Below are positions 7,968 to 17,223 of a stretch of 31,485 bases of DNA, piece after piece. The stretch is taken from IMG/VR virus record IMGVR_UViG_3300031857_017809, positions 1-31,485 of that record; one strand, given 5' to 3'. Position 1 is the stretch's first letter. Each line of letters starts with the position of its first letter. The notes under the pieces are model-generated. The model was not told where the DNA came from. It ran no database searches and worked only from the letters and a program-made list of their open reading frames with translations. The translations under genes were made by a program, and so were the position numbers. Origin of the DNA: a virus. Its lineage: Duplodnaviria > Caudoviricetes.

Positions 7968-10900
7968 CGCAGCACCCTCCTGAGCGCAGCCAGGTCTTCG
8001 CCCAGCTCCCCGGCCAGCGCCTTGGCCACCCGGTATCCCTCGCCCTCGATCTCCAACCGCAGGTCATCCGGCACCTTGGCCAAAGCCTCCCCGCTGATCC
8101 TCTCGGCTTCGCGCAGGGCGCTGGCCAGATCCTGGGCTTGGGCCGCATCCGCGACTTTGGATCCGATCGACACCACCCCAGTCAGCGGATCGACCCGCAT
8201 CCCGTCGCCTTCCACCAGGACCACCCGCTTGAACCTTCGGCCCTCGCGGATGCCTTCCATGCGGCCGGGCAAGTCCTTTTTTACGATTTGTCTCGTCGGT
8301 GCATCCGGGTCTGCGGCTTGCCGTCTGCTCTGTCTCTCCGCGGCTGCCAATGCTGCCACTTCCTTGGGCTTCCGTCCCGTGGCGTCTTCGCCCGGGATCC
8401 GATGCGGAGCCTCCTGCACTGGCTGGTCCTCGTTTTCCTCCGGTTCCCCCAGCCGCGCCAGCGGCCGATCCGCCAGGATCCGTTCCCACACCGCCGGTTG
8501 CCCGAAGGGCAGGAAATAGCGGTAATTCCACTCCTTATAGACCGCATCCACCCCGGCATTTTCCAGCGATCCGCGCCACGTATCCAGCTCCCGGCTGGAT
8601 GACTTGCCAGTGATCTCGGCCCGCATCTCCCCGCCAAAGCGCACCCGCTTGATCTTCCAGCCGTTTCTCAGGACGGCCGTCTGCCCGTTCTCCACGGCCT
8701 GCATCACCTCCGCTGGTGCCAGGATCTTGGCATTCGCATCGGCCACCCCCAGGTCCTGCATCACCTGATCGATCTGATACGGCTGGATGACGCGCCCCAG
8801 GATGGACCGACCATCCTGCAAGGTCGCTCGCATGGCCCGCACGTCCGTACTCGGCAGACGATCCCACACCGGCAACAAGGCACCGGAAAACAGGTGCATG
8901 GCTTCGACCCTGAACTCCGGAGCCTTGGCCAACTCGTCAGACCATAGGCTTCTCGCCGTCTCCTCGTCGATCTGTCGGTATTTTCCGAACTCAGACCGAG
9001 GAAGAAGGTCAGAAAATCCATTGATGCCGATCTTGGAATAGGTCGTTTCGATTCGTCCCTGTTTATCGGTCTTTGTTCTGTCGCTGCTTGACAGGATCCA
9101 TACCCGATTGCTGCGTTCATGACGAACAAAAGAGACTTCCCCGGATCTGGACCAATTCCTGCCATTTGCCAGAGCCTGATCGAAGTCGATGGTCTTGTTC
9201 CGTTTCGATACCTGCAAGTCATGCCGGATGGTCGTGGCCCCGCTCTTGGCATCGGTATGGACCACCTGCTGCCCGGTTTCCTCGATCTTGTCGGCCTTCA
9301 GGGTTTCCAACCCCACGTCCAGGGTGCCATTGGCCTTCTGAATCTCGATGGTCTTGTCCAACCGCTCCTGGAAGGCGTCGAACACCTGGTTCTGCATGTC
9401 GGTGCTCAGACTCAGCATGCGGTTCAGGAATTGCCGCATTTCCGGGGTTTCCACCTTCCCGGATGCGCCATCCCGGATCGCCAATCCCGTCTCGGCCTCA
9501 AACTCCGCGACACTGACCCCAGGGATCTTCCCGTAGGCCAGATCCTTGGTGAACCAATCCAGGGCCGTCTCGGCGGCATCGCTCTCCAGGTTGTCGGCCG
9601 CGCTGAACAGCCCCCCGGATCCGGCCTGCCGCTGGCCCTTGGTCAAGGCTCCCAGTTGATCCAGGCGTCTGGCGATGGTGGAAATAAACCGCTTCTGCGC
9701 CCGCAAATCGGTCGAAGTCAGGATGAAGGTAGGCGGCTGGGCCTGATTGGTCCGATGGCTGCGCCCCAGGCCTTGCAGGGCGCTGTCCGCCCGCCATCCC
9801 GGTTGCAGCACGTAATGCCGCCGGGGCCGCTGGTTCTTGGCCTTGCGATCGGCGTGGAAGCTGAACCCGGTGCCACCGGCCGCGCTGAAGATCAGGATCT
9901 TGCGTTTGTCATCCTGGAACTCGGCCGCCTCCTTCATGGCCTTGGCCTGGGATCGTTTCTCCTGCACCGTCTTCCAGGATCCGTCCGCCTGCTTCTTGCC
10001 GACCACCCGCACCGTGCGGCCCGACACCTCGGCCACCTGATCCGGCCCGAAGGCCGCCAGGATCTGCTCCATCGGCCCGTCCGGGGTGCGGATGTCTGCC
10101 AGGTTCTTCAGCAGTTGATTGCGCATGGCCACGGCCTGGGGGTTCTCCACCAGGTTGCCCTTGCTGTCCTTGACCGGCTCCGACGTGGTATTGCCATTTT
10201 TGTCCGTGACCTCCTGGTATTGCACGGTCGGAAAGCCGTTCTTCACCGCCTGCATCAGCATCTCACGCGGCGTCAGGTCCAGACTGGACAGGTCATCCTC
10301 GTCGTCATCTTCTTCTGCCTGTTTTGCCTCCCTGGCCTGCAAGGCCCGCTTGGTGGCCGCTTCGTTGGTGTTCACCAGTTGCACCACCGGGGCATCGCCG
10401 CGTTCCAGATCGGCCTGCATGCTCTGGATCACCGCCGGCATCTGCATGCCGGTCAGCACCTGGTTGAAGAATCGCTGGTGAGCGTTCCAGAACGCCCCGA
10501 TGGCGTTCTTTCTGGCGTCTCGGTTCTTTCCCTGCCGCGTCGATTCCAGGGCGGCCCAGATGTTGCGCAGCACCACCTGCCAGGCCTTGGCCAGCTCATT
10601 GTAGATGGCCGTCTGATCCTCGGTCAGGTTATGGGTCAGGCGCTCATAGCCCACCCCGCGAAAGCTGATCGACCGGGCCAGATACCGGCCGGTGGCCTTC
10701 AGATCCCGGGCCACGAGTTCCATGCCCGCCAGACCAGACGCCGCAATGTCATTGATGAACGCCTTGGCATCGGCAAAGGCCGTCCCATCGCCCCACAAGC
10801 CCAGGCGCGTGGCATAGGCCAGGTTGCTCACCTCGGTGGCTCCGGTGGCGCTCACATACAGCACCCGAGCCTTGGGCAAGGACTGCTGCAACAGCAAACC

Positions 10901-13900
10901 GGCCAGCGCCATCTGCGACGGTTTCTTGACCCCACGCCGACCCTTGATGGCCACCGCATTTCCCATGTTGTGGGCCTCATCGAAGGCGATCACCCCGTCA
11001 AAGTCCTTGCCCAGCCACTCCACCAGTTGCTGGATGCGACCGCCCGGTTTGACCTCTTTCCCATGGTCAGCATTGGCCAGGGCATCCTGCGCCCCGGATT
11101 TGGTGGCCAGGGTTTTGTAGCTGATAAAGGCGATGCCATTGCGTGGCGGGATTTTCCCCGTGGCCTTCACGTTCTTGATGGCAAACAGATCCTCGGCCTT
11201 CCCGCCGAGTCCGGTCCAATCGCGTTGGGCATCCGCGATCAGTCCCGGCTTCATGCTCACCCACACCGCCCGCTTCCGGCCATGGTTGGCCTGATCCAGG
11301 ATCACCCCGGCGATGGTGCGGCCCTTGCCCACCCCGGTCCCGTCCCCGATGAAATATCCTTGCCGCTGACCATTGGGCAGCAGGTTTTCCATGGCCGCCC
11401 CGGCCCGGACCAACTGCTCCAACTGGGCATCCGACAACCTTCCCTCGGTGATGACCTTCTGGTCCAGCCGCGGTTCATAGGTCACCCGCGGAGCCTTCAC
11501 CGACGCCATGGCCTGCGATTCCACCAGCTCGGCAGGATGCGGCTTGGTTCCTAGGATGGCCAGAGACGGTTTGTAGGTGGCGTAGGTTTCGCCCTGATCC
11601 TCAACCGGCCCGCTGTCGGCCTGCTCTACTCGGACGGATCCGTGACCAGGCTGCTCAACGTGTCCAGCAGGTAGGTCCCCGCGCTTTCCAGATCCATCTG
11701 CGACAGTTCCTGCGGATCCACGTCCTCCAGGGCCGCCATCGCTCCCTTGGGATTCTGGTTCAGATCGCTGACCAGGCAGTCGATTCCGTCGCGGTCCAGG
11801 GCGTCGATCCCCCGATACCGGCGGTACAGTTCCGGAAACTGCTCCAGGGCTTCCGCCACCAGGCTCGCCACTCCCAGGCTTCCCGGCTGCACCGTCTTCT
11901 TGTCCTTCTCCAGAATCGCCTGGGCCGCCCGATTGAGCGGGTGGCGGTTCAGGGTTTCGCGCAGCTTGAACAGGCGCTTGACGTCCATCGCGGACTCCTT
12001 TGAGCAGTGTACCCAGTTCAGCCAGCGATGCCACCGTTCCCGTCACCGCCGCCTGCGTTCCCAGGGGCGTTTCCCCCTCGGCCGGCTTGTCGATGACCAG
12101 CAGCCGGGTCCCGAAGGTGGTGCCATACTTGTGGTACACCGTCCCCGGCACCTCGATGTTGGCCCGAACATGCGCTTGCCGTCCCAGCGTGGCCCACCAC
12201 TCACGGTAAGCCTTGGCGTTGAAGGCCATGCCTTCGCCCACGATGGCCACCAGCCGGCCGCCCGGCGGCAGCAGTTGGAAGGCTTGCTCGATGTGCCTGG
12301 CCCCGGTCAGGAGGTCCCGCTTGTCGGTTCGCCCGGCGGTGGCGCTGAACGGCGGGTTCATCACCACCACGCCCGGCTGCGGCTTGCCCTGGGCCGAATA
12401 GATCGCCGCCAGATGGTCGGCGTTCTCCGTGGTCATCTCAATGCCCAGCGTCTCGGCCAGCTTGGCCCGCCGCTCGGACAGTTCATTGCCCAGCACCCGA
12501 TCCCCGGCCATACGCCCGAACACCGCCAGCGACCCGGTTCCCACGGATGGTTCCAGGTACACCTCACCCGGCCGCAGGTTGGCCACCCAGTTGGCCATGA
12601 AGGCGTAGCTGGGCGGCGTGCTGAATTGCTGGTGCGAGATCTGCTCCCCGGTCCTGGCCGTCTGCGTCGGCAGGTCACGTTCCAGATCGGCCATGAACTT
12701 CAGCCCCTCGGCTGGGCTGTCGGCCGTTGGGCTGGCCAGATGGGGGTGCCGGGCAATGACCTTGTTCACCGCCAGTTGCAGCGCCTCGTAGGCGTCCTGC
12801 ACCTTGTAGGCCCCCTGGCCCTGCGTCCCGCCAAAGGCCTGGTCGCAGATCCGGAACAGCTTTTGCCAGTTCAGGGCTTGGCCGGCCTCATCCAGGGCAT
12901 CCGCCAGGGCCTCGGCCGCGGCTATGGTGCGGGTGACTTGATCCTGGGGGTTTCGCACGACCGGCGCAGGCATGTCCACAGGCTGCGTTGGGGGAGCTTC
13001 CTCTGCTCCTGGACTCGACTTTGGAGCACCAGGTGCAGCGTCATGCGGGAGATCCTGCGCTGTACGATCCGGCATTGCCGGTGCTGCCGCAGGACGTTCC
13101 GACTCAGGGCGTGTAGATTCAGGGCGAACTGACGCAGGTGGTTGTTCGGCATGTTTTTTCTTTTTTGATTTAATTTGCACCACGTCTTTAGATCCTACAT
13201 TATTAACCCTAACTAGAAAATTACCATTCCATTGCCTTTCATAATTTGGCCAACCGCTTGTTTCTTTAGTGTTATTATGGATTGTTTCAATTTGATCTGG
13301 TGTCAGGCCAAAATTGACAAGACTATGCCATTCAGACTTGAGTTTTGTGCCGTCACTAAAATAAAAAACCGGGTCTGACCTACCTAAACCAGCTTGTTCC
13401 GTAGTTATTTTTACCAACGTTGTTTTGCGCCATGCTTCACCATTTATCGCTCCTGCGGCAGCAGCAAGCGACTCAAATGTTTTTCGATTTATTTCACGTA
13501 TAGAACCAACCTCATACAAAGGCTCTCCATCGCTTCCTTTTTCCTTGAGCAGCTTTCCGGTATAGAAATGCAGTTTCCCACTGTGAAACCAACCTCCAGT
13601 ATCATGGGTATCGTTATCTAGTGACACCGAACGCAACATTGATATTCCGGCTTCCGGTCTATTTTCTGCGCTGTTCCAACTCGGACGTTCTGGATCTGCA
13701 ATATTCCAGCGATAACCAACGGCATATCCTGGTGGCAATGTCCATTCATTATTGCTCGTTGACACGTCACTTTCGTCTTTTATCGTTTCGTTCTCGTCGC
13801 CTTCACCGGCGCGGATAGAAACGCCAGCAACACTGGCCTGATCGGCTTGTCCGATCTTTTGACCTTGGTCCATGCGACCAAGGTCATTTTTATTACCGGG

Positions 13901-15985
13901 TTTTGCTTCCGTACCCGGTGTGGCGTCCTGGGCCTTCTTCACGAACCCCCGCACCCGCGCCCCCAGGGCATGGATGCTAGGATCCGCTCGGTGATCCTTG
14001 ATGACCTGCTCCCAGGCTTTGACCCGTCCGGGATCGCTGGGCAGCTTCAGCATGCCGAACTTCCCGTATTCCTCCCCGATGGCCCGCTCGATGGTGGCAT
14101 TGGCGGTGGATGGCGTGTTCTTCAGGGCGTTCTGCACGTCCGGCCGCTCGGCCACGGCCCGCGACAGGTCGATGGACGCCTCGGTCACGGATCCGGGTTC
14201 CACAGCGGGCGTTGTGGGCTTCAGAACGGGCTTGCTGGCCAACTGCTCATCCAGCGTGGCCTGTCCCTCGGCCGGCGTGGCCGGTTTCGGCGTCACCTCG
14301 CCTTGGCGTCCCAGGGTCTTCAGGATGGCCTTGGCCTTGCTCACCACCTTGGGCGGCTTGTCGTTCTTCTTCTTCTTGGGCCGCTGGGCCTCCCGCCGCA
14401 GCACCTCCACCGCGCTGTCCCCCAGCAGTTCCTGATCCTCCGGCTTCATCGTCTGAATGTCCGGGATCTTCGGGGCCATGCTGACCTTGGCGAACGCGGA
14501 TCCGCCGTTGCGCCAATCAGTTACGCCGCTTGGTGTTTCGGATGTGCTTCGAATATCATTCGGAGCCGTCGCCGGCAGGGCATTGGATTCCTCATCCAAC
14601 CGCTGGGCATGCTCCGGATGCTCCTGCTCCAGATCGGCCATGGCGCTGGAAATGAAGGCTTCTCCAGCCTGACCCTGATACTTCTCGCCGGCCTTCAACA
14701 GGGCCAGCATCTGCGCCTTGTACTCCTCATAGCTGATCGGCTTTTTGCGCAGCGTCCGTTCCAAGGCTGCCGGCGGCGGGTTCGCCACCTCCTCAACAGG
14801 GACCGGCTGCCGGGCCACCGGTCCGGTGTCCACGTCCGCAGACACGCCCTGCGGACTTCCCCCGGCCCTCTGAGCTTCTTCGTCCGCCAACTGCTCGGCC
14901 AACCGCGCCTTGATCGCTGCCAGCTTGTCGACGTCCGCCTGCCGCAACGTGGCATCGGTGTCCCGCAACTCTGGCCGCACCTGGCGCGGCATGTCCGGAA
15001 CCTCGCTGACCAGATCCGTCATGCTCTGCCGCTGCAATTCCGGCAGCATCTCACGATACAGCGCATCATCCTCGCGTTGTGCCGTGCGCAGGTGGAGCTG
15101 TTTAGCAAGCTCGTCACTAGATAGTTCAGCCCCTGCGAACCCCGCACCCATCAGACCGCCAACCGCCCCCGCCACGGTCAGCCGCCTGGCCAATGTGGCT
15201 GTATCCAGGGCATTAGGATCCTCGCCGCTCATGGCCTCCCACACCGCATGTCCCAACTCGGTGACGACCTCCTCGGATCCCTCCCATCCGGCATCCTTGG
15301 CCAGTGTCATCAGTCGGTCTCGGATCATCCGGACGCCATGCTCCTTGCCGGCTCCCAGGATCACCCGCTCTGCACCAGTCTTGCCGAACATGCTGGGGAT
15401 GGCCGTCTCGATGGTCCAGTTGGCCAAGCCTGACCCGATCCCGTTCTGCCGGGCGGCCACGGCCCCTTCCCGCAGGGCCAGGGGCTGCACCGCTGCCCCG
15501 ACCTCCAGGGCCGCTCGCAGCTTCGGTAGCGATGCCAGGGCCTTCACCCCGCGCACCGGGGCTGCCAGCGGACCGCCGGCCAGCATCAGCGGAAGGTCTG
15601 CCGCCACCCCGCCCGCCCCCTGGCGAATGGACGTGAGCAAACCAGGATTGGCGATCTGCACCGATTCCGCGGTACTCTCGGCATCCTCCTGCTCCGATGG
15701 ACTCCCCAGGCCCAGGGCCTGCTGGGTTGAGCTAATCGACCGCATCGCCCCCGACACCTCTGGAGCCAGCCATCCCAAGCGACCCAAGCGGGAGCGCAGC
15801 CGGGCATCATCCTCGCTCGCCTGCTCCTCGCGCAGGATCCCGGACTCGCTCATCCGATCCAGGTTGCGCAGGGCATCCGCCTCAACGCTGCCTGCGCCCT
15901 CGATGAACCGGTCCACCGGATCCATGTCCTGGGACACCGGATCCAGACCAGCCGCACGGATGAAGGCATCGAGCTTGCCGGGCAT
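7952..15985 (-). CDS. Giant polyvalent DarB-like protein, 2677 aa: ejection-protein-like N-terminus, N6-adenine methyltransferase-like domain, Strawberry-notch-family SF2 helicase
   Basis: MTase motif I LEPSVGTGSL and motif IV VMNPPF; helicase GDGTGVGKGRT (Walker A), FDEAHN (Walker B), YVSATGA, QGLGRSHRTNQ; follows the ejection-like genes; SD GGAG. Confidence 0.9.
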   Translation of the reverse strand: MPGKLDAFIRAAGLDPVSQDMDPVDRFIEGAGSVEADALRNLDRMSESGILREEQASEDDARLRSRLGRLGWLAPEVSGAMRSISSTQQALGLGSPSEQEDAESTAESVQIANPGLLTSIRQGAGGVAADLPLMLAGGPLAAPVRGVKALASLPKLRAALEVGAAVQPLALREGAVAARQNGIGSGLANWTIETAIPSMFGKTGAERVILGAGKEHGVRMIRDRLMTLAKDAGWEGSEEVVTELGHAVWEAMSGEDPNALDTATLARRLTVAGAVGGLMGAGFAGAELSSDELAKQLHLRTAQREDDALYREMLPELQRQSMTDLVSEVPDMPRQVRPELRDTDATLRQADVDKLAAIKARLAEQLADEEAQRAGGSPQGVSADVDTGPVARQPVPVEEVANPPPAALERTLRKKPISYEEYKAQMLALLKAGEKYQGQAGEAFISSAMADLEQEHPEHAQRLDEESNALPATAPNDIRSTSETPSGVTDWRNGGSAFAKVSMAPKIPDIQTMKPEDQELLGDSAVEVLRREAQRPKKKKNDKPPKVVSKAKAILKTLGRQGEVTPKPATPAEGQATLDEQLASKPVLKPTTPAVEPGSVTEASIDLSRAVAERPDVQNALKNTPSTANATIERAIGEEYGKFGMLKLPSDPGRVKAWEQVIKDHRADPSIHALGARVRGFVKKAQDATPGTEAKPGNKNDLGRMDQGQKIGQADQASVAGVSIRAGEGDENETIKDESDVSTSNNEWTLPPGYAVGYRWNIADPERPSWNSAENRPEAGISMLRSVSLDNDTHDTGGWFHSGKLHFYTGKLLKEKGSDGEPLYEVGSIREINRKTFESLAAAAGAINGEAWRKTTLVKITTEQAGLGRSDPVFYFSDGTKLKSEWHSLVNFGLTPDQIETIHNNTKETSGWPNYERQWNGNFLVRVNNVGSKDVVQIKSKKKKHAEQPPASVRPESTRPESERPAAAPAMPDRTAQDLPHDAAPGAPKSSPGAEEAPPTQPVDMPAPVVRNPQDQVTRTIAAAEALADALDEAGQALNWQKLFRICDQAFGGTQGQGAYKVQDAYEALQLAVNKVIARHPHLASPTADSPAEGLKFMADLERDLPTQTARTGEQISHQQFSTPPSYAFMANWVANLRPGEVYLEPSVGTGSLAVFGRMAGDRVLGNELSERRAKLAETLGIEMTTENADHLAAIYSAQGKPQPGVVVMNPPFSATAGRTDKRDLLTGARHIEQAFQLLPPGGRLVAIVGEGMAFNAKAYREWWATLGRQAHVRANIEVPGTVYHKYGTTFGTRLLVIDKPAEGETPLGTQAAVTGTVASLAELGTLLKGVRDGRQAPVQAARNPEPPPAQSGGPGDSGEGQEDGAAGKPGSGEPGGGSPGAVSGTVPPVSGDRRPGPRRNRLPGQRSEPESQGSDGGPGGRGSAGTVADGSGKRGDLPAGHVEQPGHGSVRVEQADSGPVEDQGETYATYKPSLAILGTKPHPAELVESQAMASVKAPRVTYEPRLDQKVITEGRLSDAQLEQLVRAGAAMENLLPNGQRQGYFIGDGTGVGKGRTIAGVILDQANHGRKRAVWVSMKPGLIADAQRDWTGLGGKAEDLFAIKNVKATGKIPPRNGIAFISYKTLATKSGAQDALANADHGKEVKPGGRIQQLVEWLGKDFDGVIAFDEAHNMGNAVAIKGRRGVKKPSQMALAGLLLQQSLPKARVLYVSATGATEVSNLAYATRLGLWGDGTAFADAKAFINDIAASGLAGMELVARDLKATGRYLARSISFRGVGYERLTHNLTEDQTAIYNELAKAWQVVLRNIWAALESTRQGKNRDARKNAIGAFWNAHQRFFNQVLTGMQMPAVIQSMQADLERGDAPVVQLVNTNEAATKRALQAREAKQAEEDDDEDDLSSLDLTPREMLMQAVKNGFPTVQYQEVTDKNGNTTSEPVKDSKGNLVENPQAVAMRNQLLKNLADIRTPDGPMEQILAAFGPDQVAEVSGRTVRVVGKKQADGSWKTVQEKRSQAKAMKEAAEFQDDKRKILIFSAAGGTGFSFHADRKAKNQRPRRHYVLQPGWRADSALQGLGRSHRTNQAQPPTFILTSTDLRAQKRFISTIARRLDQLGALTKGQRQAGSGGLFSAADNLESDAAETALDWFTKDLAYGKIPGVSVAEFEAETGLAIRDGASGKVETPEMRQFLNRMLSLSTDMQNQVFDAFQERLDKTIEIQKANGTLDVGLETLKADKIEETGQQVVHTDAKSGATTIRHDLQVSKRNKTIDFDQALANGRNWSRSGEVSFVRHERSNRVWILSSSDRTKTDKQGRIETTYSKIGINGFSDLLPRSEFGKYRQIDEETARSLWSDELAKAPEFRVEAMHLFSGALLPVWDRLPSTDVRAMRATLQDGRSILGRVIQPYQIDQVMQDLGVADANAKILAPAEVMQAVENGQTAVLRNGWKIKRVRFGGEMRAEITGKSSSRELDTWRGSLENAGVDAVYKEWNYRYFLPFGQPAVWERILADRPLARLGEPEENEDQPVQEAPHRIPGEDATGRKPKEVAALAAAERQSRRQAADPDAPTRQIVKKDLPGRMEGIREGRRFKRVVLVEGDGMRVDPLTGVVSIGSKVADAAQAQDLASALREAERISGEALAKVPDDLRLEIEGEGYRVAKALAGELGEDLAALRRVLRCLGG
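11626..11988 (-). CDS. Nested alternative-frame gene, 120 aa, helical with acidic C-terminal half, function unknown
   Basis: AAAGGAGTCCGCG directly before the ATG; codons in this frame mostly end in G/C (CTG, GCC, GAC, CAG); the host frame here is G/P/R low-complexity sequence. Confidence 0.8.
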   Translation of the reverse strand: MDVKRLFKLRETLNRHPLNRAAQAILEKDKKTVQPGSLGVASLVAEALEQFPELYRRYRGIDALDRDGIDCLVSDLNQNPKGAMAALEDVDPQELSQMDLESAGTYLLDTLSSLVTDPSE

Positions 15986-15987
15986 GG

Positions 15988-17223
15988 TTACTCCGCGGTC
16001 AAACTGTCGGTGAACTCGCGCATGATGGCCGGTACATCGGTGGCCGGATTCAGCTTCGTTGCTGCCAGCCGCAGATAGAGCGCCCGCTTGACCATGCTCC
16101 GCTTGGCCGGCGTCAGATCCGGCCTGGCCGTGGAGATCGCCTCATCCACCGCACTCTCATCGAAGGCAGATATTCCCCGCTGCGCCAGATCAGCGGACAT
16201 CGACTCCAGACGATTCCCCAGGCTCCTGGGTGCTGCTCCGTCATCGGCTCCCCAATACTGGTTGGCATAATCAATGTCCTTCTGCCGCTGGCTGGTGCCC
16301 TCGGTCAGTTGCTGCCGAAGGGCCTCCTTCCCCGTCGTGGTCCCGCGTCCAGCCGGCTTTTCCAGGCGCTGCAATTCCGCATCCACCTGTTCCCGCATCG
16401 GACCCCTCCGCAGGGTGTCGATCTGATCCTGCGTCACGCCAGACTTTCCTCCGATGGCCTCCATCAGCATCCCCGGCACCGCCTTCAACCGCATCAGTTC
16501 GATGGGTTCCGGATTGCGGACACCCTTCTCCTGTTCCTCGATCAGCCGCAGTTCCTCTTGCAGGTCGGCCTCGCTGATCGCCTGCTTCTGTCCGTAGTCT
16601 CCGGTCCCCTTCTTGGCCATGGCCCGCGATTCCGCCAAGCGCAGCTTTTCCGCCAGCCCCATCGGCTTGGCCGTGGGATTCCCCTTGGCGGTCAGGGCGT
16701 CGATCTTCGCCCGGCGCATGGCCATGGCTTCCCTGCCCAGTTCCGCCTCAATGGGATCCTGGACCGTGACCGTCCCACCGGCGGCCGGTTCCTGGATGGT
16801 CCCCGGTTCCAGAAAGCCCTCAGCCACCGCCTTGCGGCGATGGATCTTCCGTTCCTGATTCTGTTGCTCCTCGCGCTCCAAGGCGTTCTGCAAGGTCTTC
16901 TTGACCATCGCCAACTGGTCGCGGTTCAAGGGTGACCGTGGGACGGTGTCCTGCTCGGGGTTGTTCCATTGTCCCACCCAGGGGCCTACCCCGGCCGGGA
17001 CCACCGATGGCTCTGCCGGCCCTTCCAGATTCGGATCCGCCACCCCCAGTTCAGCTCGCATCAACGCTTCGCGGAAGGCTTCCTTCTTAGCGTTGCGTTC
17101 CCGCAGATCCTGGCGCTCCCGCATGTCGGCCCAGGCCTTCAGACCTCCGGCGATAGTATCAGCGATGGACTGGTTCATCCCGCCCGGCTGGCTCATGGCC
17201 CGAAAGGTCAGTCGATCGCTCAT
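15988..17223 (-). CDS. Putative internal virion/ejection protein, 411 aa
   Basis: Charged helical composition; position between small ejection-like genes and the giant gene; ATGA overlap. Confidence 0.65.
   Translation of the reverse strand: MSDRLTFRAMSQPGGMNQSIADTIAGGLKAWADMRERQDLRERNAKKEAFREALMRAELGVADPNLEGPAEPSVVPAGVGPWVGQWNNPEQDTVPRSPLNRDQLAMVKKTLQNALEREEQQNQERKIHRRKAVAEGFLEPGTIQEPAAGGTVTVQDPIEAELGREAMAMRRAKIDALTAKGNPTAKPMGLAEKLRLAESRAMAKKGTGDYGQKQAISEADLQEELRLIEEQEKGVRNPEPIELMRLKAVPGMLMEAIGGKSGVTQDQIDTLRRGPMREQVDAELQRLEKPAGRGTTTGKEALRQQLTEGTSQRQKDIDYANQYWGADDGAAPRSLGNRLESMSADLAQRGISAFDESAVDEAISTARPDLTPAKRSMVKRALYLRLAATKLNPATDVPAIMREFTDSLTAE

Noticed and set aside
9119-11554. 811-aa plus-strand ORF
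   Set aside because: Antisense shadow of the helicase region, expected in high-GC coding DNA
12922-13152. 76-aa +1-frame ORF nested in the giant gene
   Set aside because: No real SD; R/Q/L-rich composition is explained by the off-frame reading of a P/A linker, unlike the 11626-11988 ORF
13140-13900. Intein or intron explaining the AT-rich insert
   Set aside because: No C/S...HN splice motifs or LAGLIDADG/HNH signature seen; the insert lies in a linker rather than a conserved motif
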